Source: an uncultured Myxococcales bacterium
GTDB taxonomy: Bacteria; Desulfobacterota; Binatia; UBA1149; CAITLU01
DNA length: 64,000 nucleotides
Direction: 5' to 3'
NCBI GenBank assembly: GCA_964476185.1
Contig: CAYYZO010000004.1
Coordinates: 17,025 to 81,024 of the forward strand
The notes beneath the pieces were generated by a model. That model was not told the DNA's origin. It worked only from the letters and a program-made list of their open reading frames with translations, and did no database searches. Position 1 is the first letter of the stretch, and every line of letters begins with the position of its first letter. Positions 59,114 to 64,000 of the stretch are shown one piece after another. Position numbers and translations under genes: made by a program.

Positions 59114-60073
59114 GTGAACCGCGATCCGCGCACCCAGCTCGCCGCGCTGTTCGAGCGCGAGCACCGTGCCGACGTGCCGCCCGAGGCGCTCGCCCTGGTC
59201 GCCGAGATCCGACGCCGGCACGAGGGCGCGGTCGCGGCGGTGCTGTTCTACGGGTCGTGCCTGCGCCGCTCGTACGTCGCCGGCGGAGTGCTCGACTTCT
59301 ACGCGATCGTCGACTCGTATCGCGGGGCCTACCGTTCCCGCCTGCTGGCGCTGTCGAACTCGCTGTTGCCGCCGAACGTCTACTACGTCGAGCTGCCGTT
59401 CGAGGGCGAGACGCTGCGGATGAAGTACAACGTGATCTCGCGCGAGGACTTCGCCGCGGCCTGCCGCCCCGAGAGCCTGCACCCGATCATCTGGGCGCGA
59501 TTCTGCCAGCCTTCGGCCGTGCCGTACGCGCGCGACGACGAGGTCCGCTCTGCCCTCGCGGCCGACTGCGCCGAGGCCGCGGTGACGATGGTCAGCCGCA
59601 TGCTCGCCCTCCACCCGGAGTCGGCGACCGTCGAGGATCTCTGGCAGGCGGGGTTCGGGACGACGTACACGACCGAGATGCGCGTCGAGACGCCGGAGAC
59701 GATCCGCTCGGTCTACGAGGCCGCGCCCGAGCGCTACTCCGCGGTGTCGGCGCTCGCCGTCGAAGTGCTCGTGCGGCGCGGACTCGTGCAGGGTCGAATC
59801 GACGGGCCCCAGGTCCAGGTCCGGATGGCGGAGCCGGCGAGGCGCTCGATCGTCTCGTCGTGGAAGCGCCGGCTCCCGGTGGCCAAGGGGCTGTACGTGG
59901 TGCGGCTCGTCAAGTCCGCGCTCACGTTCGGCGACTGGCTGCCGTACGCGCTCTGGAAGCTGCAGCGTCACAGCGGCGTCCGGATCGAGGTCACCGACCG
60001 GCAGCGACGCCATCCGCTGATCTTCGGCTGGCCCGTCATCCTGCAGTTGATCCGGGGCAAGACGCTGCGATGA
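59114..60073 (+). CDS. Tam41/Mmp37-like phosphatidate cytidylyltransferase homolog (CpgC-like)
   Basis: AVLFYGSC...LDFYAIVD, PPNVYY, KYNVIS, WARFCQP parallel the Tam41 YGSG / DFIFAV / KYGVVS / GRLQKP motifs. Confidence 0.72.
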   Translation: MNRDPRTQLAALFEREHRADVPPEALALVAEIRRRHEGAVAAVLFYGSCLRRSYVAGGVLDFYAIVDSYRGAYRSRLLALSNSLLPPNVYYVELPFEGETLRMKYNVISREDFAAACRPESLHPIIWARFCQPSAVPYARDDEVRSALAADCAEAAVTMVSRMLALHPESATVEDLWQAGFGTTYTTEMRVETPETIRSVYEAAPERYSAVSALAVEVLVRRGLVQGRIDGPQVQVRMAEPARRSIVSSWKRRLPVAKGLYVVRLVKSALTFGDWLPYALWKLQRHSGVRIEVTDRQRRHPLIFGWPVILQLIRGKTLR

Positions 60074-60224
60074 CCCTCGCCCCCGGCCGGGCTCCCGGAC
60101 TCTGACGACCGGCGGGGCATGGAGGACGGCGAAGACGAGCCGAAAACGTGGGGGCCGGCCGCGGTTCCCGCAGGCACGCTTCCTTGTAATCCGCCTCCTC
60201 CGCTGGCAAGGAAAATGAACGTTT

Positions 60225-61307
60225 ATGGTCACTCCTGAAGGAGGGACGGTCGCCGCCGAGGGGGCGGGGGCCGAGGTGGATCAGAGTCCTGCCGCACTGC
60301 GGCGACGCTACACCTCGTTGTTCCGCCCCAAGCCCTGGCTCTACTACGCCGACATGCTGGCGGCGGCCGTGCTCGGCTGGTCGGCCTTTGCGCTGGCCGT
60401 GCACACGGAGCGCTTCACGGCTGCCTGGGGCGCGGCCGTCTTCGTGGCCGTCTTCGCCCTGTACCGGGCCATCCTGTTCATCCACGAGATCTCGCACCTG
60501 CAGCGGCGCGCCGTGCCGGGGTTCGAGGTCGTCTGGTCGCTGGTGGTCGGCTTCCCGCTGCTGGTCCCGAGCCTGATGTACAAGGGGTCGCACGGCGAGC
60601 ACCATCGCCGCCAGATCTTCGGGACGGAGAAGGATCCCGAGTACGCGCCGATCGGCCAGTGGAGCAAGGTCCGCGTCGCCGCCTCGATCCTGCCGCTGCT
60701 CGTCGTCCCGTTCCTGCTCGTGCTGCGGTGGGCCATCCTCGGGCCGCTCTCCTACCTGTTCCCGCCGCTTCGCCGCTTCGTCGTCGGCTACATGTCGACG
60801 CTCGTGATCAACCCGACCTACCAGCGGCGCATGCCCGAGGGGCGCATGGCCCGGCGCTGGCTGGTGGAGGAAGCCTGCACGGCGCTGGTGTGCTGGACGA
60901 TCGTGCTCGCGATGGCGACCGGCGCGATCGGGACGTCGTGGCTGGTCGAGTGGTTCCTGATCTCGAGCTTCATCCTCGCGTTCAACCACGTCCGGACGCT
61001 GGTCGCTCACCGCTACCACAACGACGGGACGCCGATGGACCTGCTCGAGCAGTACCGCGACTCGGTGAACCTTTCGGGCGGCCACTGGGTCGATGCGGTT
61101 CTGGCGCCCGTGGGGCTGCGCTATCACGCGCTGCACCACCTGCTGCCGACGGTGCCGTACCACAGCCTCGGCGCGATCCACCGCCGCATGCTGAGCGAAC
61201 TCCCGCCGCAGACGCCGTACCACGTCGCTGAGCACCGCACGCTGCTGCACGCGGTGCGCTCCCTGTTCGGCGACCGTGCGTTCTCGCACTTCCCGTCGCG
61301 CCGCTGA
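60225..61307 (+). CDS. Membrane fatty acid/sphingolipid desaturase (or hydroxylase)
   Basis: Three His boxes: HEISH, HGEHH, HALHH; TM helices. Confidence 0.9.
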   Translation: MVTPEGGTVAAEGAGAEVDQSPAALRRRYTSLFRPKPWLYYADMLAAAVLGWSAFALAVHTERFTAAWGAAVFVAVFALYRAILFIHEISHLQRRAVPGFEVVWSLVVGFPLLVPSLMYKGSHGEHHRRQIFGTEKDPEYAPIGQWSKVRVAASILPLLVVPFLLVLRWAILGPLSYLFPPLRRFVVGYMSTLVINPTYQRRMPEGRMARRWLVEEACTALVCWTIVLAMATGAIGTSWLVEWFLISSFILAFNHVRTLVAHRYHNDGTPMDLLEQYRDSVNLSGGHWVDAVLAPVGLRYHALHHLLPTVPYHSLGAIHRRMLSELPPQTPYHVAEHRTLLHAVRSLFGDRAFSHFPSRR

Positions 61308-61340
61308 TCGAGCCGGGTTCGTCGGTCGAAGCGGGAGGCC

Positions 61341-62414
61341 TCAGCTTCGCAGCGTCAGCATTCCGCCGACGAGGACGAACACGGCGTTCGCCGCCCAGGC
61401 CGCGACGATCGGCGGAAGCGTGCCGGCGTGTCCGGCCGAGACGGTCAGCGCCTGCATCAACCAGTACAGGAAGCAGACGGCCATGCCGGTGCCGATGTGC
61501 TGCGCGGTCCCGGCGCGGCGCGACCCGCGCAGCGCGAGCGGCAGCCCGAGCAGCACCGTGATGATGCCGGACAGCGGCAGGGCGAACTTGAACTGCAGGT
61601 CCGTCTGCAGCCCGGCCGGGTCGAATCCCTTGGCCTGCAGCATGCGGATGCGCTGGGACAGCTGCCGGATGCTGAACTCGTCGGAGCGCGGCGCCTTCTT
61701 GCGGAACTCGGCCGGCGTCCCGCCGAGGTCCACCTCGAGGTCGCCGAGCGGCCCGTACAGGAGGCCGCCGTTCTCGTCGAAGTTGCGCACGGTGCCCCCT
61801 TCGTACTCCCAGCGGTCGCCCTCCCATCTGGCGACGGGGATCTCGACGAGACGGGTGAGCTGGAAGCGCTCGTCGATCCCGTGCAGCGTGATGCCCTCGA
61901 GGACGTTGTGGGTCGCGTCGAAGTAGTCGATGTTGAGGAACCCTTCGGGAACCTGGACCCACAGCGCGGTCGCGTCGAGCATGCCGCGGCTCGCGAGTCC
62001 CTTGATGTCGATGTCCTTGATGGCCCGGGCGCGCGCCGCCGTCGGCGGGACGACGACTTCGTTGAACAGCATCGCGACGGCGCTGATCGCGAGGCTCGAG
62101 ACGAGCAGCGGCCGGGCGATGCGCGCGACGCTGACGCCGCACGCGTGCAGCGCGACGACCTCGTTCGTCCGCACCAGCGAGCCGATCCCGAGCAGCACGG
62201 CGAGCAGCGACGCGGCCGGGTAGACCTCGACGAGCCACTTCGGCGTCTTCAGCGCGAAATAGGTGGCCACGAGCCGGGGGCTCGAGTCGTACGACGCGAG
62301 GTCGCCGATGCGGCCGAAGAACTCGACGACGAGAAGCAGGCCGATCGCGCCCGCGAGGCACAGCACGAACGTGCGCAGGTAGAGCCCGACGAGCTGGCGC
62401 GCGAGCAGGCTCAT
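61341..62414 (-). CDS. lptG: LptG-family permease
   Basis: YFALKTP, LVRTNEVVALHACGVS, FNEVVVP, periplasmic beta domain, LPPIVAAW; ATGA overlap with lptF. Confidence 0.9.
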   Translation of the reverse strand: MSLLARQLVGLYLRTFVLCLAGAIGLLLVVEFFGRIGDLASYDSSPRLVATYFALKTPKWLVEVYPAASLLAVLLGIGSLVRTNEVVALHACGVSVARIARPLLVSSLAISAVAMLFNEVVVPPTAARARAIKDIDIKGLASRGMLDATALWVQVPEGFLNIDYFDATHNVLEGITLHGIDERFQLTRLVEIPVARWEGDRWEYEGGTVRNFDENGGLLYGPLGDLEVDLGGTPAEFRKKAPRSDEFSIRQLSQRIRMLQAKGFDPAGLQTDLQFKFALPLSGIITVLLGLPLALRGSRRAGTAQHIGTGMAVCFLYWLMQALTVSAGHAGTLPPIVAAWAANAVFVLVGGMLTLRS

Positions 62415-63553
62415 GCGCCGCGCCCCCTCGCGAACGCGAACAGCGGCGGGCGTTCCTCGACGGCGCGTCGGAACAGCACGACGGCGAGCAGCGCGAGCAG
62501 GACGTCCGGCAGCCACATCGCGACGGGAACCGGCAGCAGGCGCTCGCGCGCGATCGTCACGGCGCCCGTCAGCATCAGGTAGTAGACGAGCACCACGAGG
62601 GTGCTGAGCAGCATCCCGCGCGACTTCACTCCGCGGCGGCCGACCGCGCCGAGCGGGACCCCGACGAAGGGCAGCAGCAGGGCCGCCGCGGGCAGCACGA
62701 GCTTGCGGTGCAGTTCGATCGTCTCCTCGATCGCCGGCTCGCCGCGAGCGAGAGCCTCGCGCCGCGCCTCGAGGAGCCGCGCGAGCGACATCGCGGACGG
62801 GCCGCCGCTGGCCATCAGGTCCACGCCTGTCTCGTCGGCCATGTCGAGGTTCAGCTCGAGGGAATCGAAATCGGTCTTGTCGTGGTACTTCCCCGAGGCG
62901 TGGTAGGTGAGCAGGCTGCCGTCGTGGAGCTTCAGGTAGGCCTTGCGCGCGTCCCCGTTCGACTCGACGAGGCCGTCGCTCGCGAAGATGGTCTTGCGCC
63001 CGTACTTCTCGCGCTCCTCGGCGAGCATCACGTTGCGCATCCTGCCGGTGTCCGCGTCGAGCTCGTCCACGAACAGGATGACGCCGCCCATCCACGTGTT
63101 GAAGACGCCGGCCCGCAACGACGCGGTCAAGCGGGTGCGGGCCATGTCGTACGTGGTCTCCTCGATGCCGCGGTTCGCCCACGGCCTGGCCCAGACCCCG
63201 AGCACGACGCTGACCGTCGCGACGACGACGCTGAACGTGACCAGCGGGCGAGAGAGCTGGCGCAGGTTGATGCCGGCCGCGCGGATCGCGAGCAACTCGC
63301 CCTCGGAGCCCAGGCGCGCGAACACGACGACGACGGCCAGCAGCGCGGCCATCGGAAGGGCGATCTCCAGGTACGACGGAACGATGAAGACGGCGAGTGC
63401 GCCGACCAGCCGCGCCGGGACGCCACGCGCGAACGCGAGGTCCACGAACTCGACCATGCGAAGCACGAACAGGATCGAGACCGCCAGTCCGACCGCGGCC
63501 ACGAAGGCCTGCGCGACCTCGCGCAGCAGGTAGCGCTGGAGCGTGCGTCCCAC
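62411..63553 (-). CDS. lptF: LptF-family permease
   Basis: LQRYLLREV, RLGSEGELLAIRAAGI, RPWAN, GVFN, ELHRK, MWLPD. Confidence 0.9.
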   Translation of the reverse strand: MGRTLQRYLLREVAQAFVAAVGLAVSILFVLRMVEFVDLAFARGVPARLVGALAVFIVPSYLEIALPMAALLAVVVVFARLGSEGELLAIRAAGINLRQLSRPLVTFSVVVATVSVVLGVWARPWANRGIEETTYDMARTRLTASLRAGVFNTWMGGVILFVDELDADTGRMRNVMLAEEREKYGRKTIFASDGLVESNGDARKAYLKLHDGSLLTYHASGKYHDKTDFDSLELNLDMADETGVDLMASGGPSAMSLARLLEARREALARGEPAIEETIELHRKLVLPAAALLLPFVGVPLGAVGRRGVKSRGMLLSTLVVLVYYLMLTGAVTIARERLLPVPVAMWLPDVLLALLAVVLFRRAVEERPPLFAFARGRGA

Positions 63554-63563
63554 CGCCCGCTCC

Positions 63564-64000
63564 CTACTGGTCCACGGGGATCTTTTCGTACACGGCGAGC
63601 CCGTCGTTGGTCCGGCCGAAGAGCTCGATGTAGCGCACCGTCGGGGTCAGGAACCCTTCTTCCGCGAAGACGAACACCTTGTCGAGGTAGGCCTGCTTGC
63701 CGTCGATCGTGAGGAAGGTCTCGGCCTTGCACTTGCCGTCGACCGGGGCGGTGCGGACGACGATCTGGCGGTCCGGCAGCGCGCGCAGGCGCACCTCGAT
63801 GCGCCCGTCGCTTTCGATCTGCTGTTTCTGGAAGCCGTACGCCACCTGCTGGAAGAACGAGAGCGGCCGGGTCTCGACGGGGTCCTCCTCGCGCCGGAGC
63901 CAGTAGTTGTAGATCGGCTCGGGCGGGACCGGGCGGCACTGCTCGTCGACGCGCACGCCGTAGTGGACCTGGTTGCGGTTCTTGTTGCGGTCGATGTGGA
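63564..64000 (-). CDS. DUF4833-like protein (C-terminal part; runs off the right edge)
   Basis: HIDRNKNRNQVHYGV...EPIYNYW...QQVAYG...YIELFGR. Confidence 0.6.
   Translation of the reverse strand, partial: HIDRNKNRNQVHYGVRVDEQCRPVPPEPIYNYWLRREEDPVETRPLSFFQQVAYGFQKQQIESDGRIEVRLRALPDRQIVVRTAPVDGKCKAETFLTIDGKQAYLDKVFVFAEEGFLTPTVRYIELFGRTNDGLAVYEKIPVDQ

Overview
High-GC (~70% by eye) bacterial chromosomal window with about 57 protein-coding genes. I saw no rRNA, tRNA, CRISPR array or mobile element. Outer-membrane genes (porins, lptFG), the classical menaquinone genes and the style of the Cys-rich secreted proteins suggest a diderm such as Candidatus Binatia/Myxococcota-like bacteria; this taxon is an inference. 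Left to right: a MerR-menG-menF-menD operon; patB and an acyl-CoA dehydrogenase; an island of secreted Cys-rich proteins, one ending in a DUF3494 ice-binding-like domain; assorted metabolic and envelope genes; a phosphate-porin-like gene preceded by three 11-bp direct repeats; a MerR + ferredoxin reductase + diiron protein module; and a DedA/TVP38-flavoprotein fusion. The best candidate for an undescribed system is 49.5-63.6 kb. One arm encodes a MobA-like NTP transferase, a DAGK/ceramide-kinase-like protein, a Tam41-like cytidylyltransferase and a desaturase, converging on an lptF/lptG pair. This resembles the Caulobacter anionic-sphingolipid (ceramide-phosphoglycerate, cpg) locus. The divergent arm encodes an ABC flippase, a GT8-methyltransferase-ELM1 fusion, a second ELM1/GtrOC1 protein and a sulfotransferase. 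The ceramide-backbone genes (spt, cerS, cerR) are not in the window, so the lipid acceptor is unproven. All family assignments come from motif recognition by eye; no database searches were run, and start codons were chosen manually.
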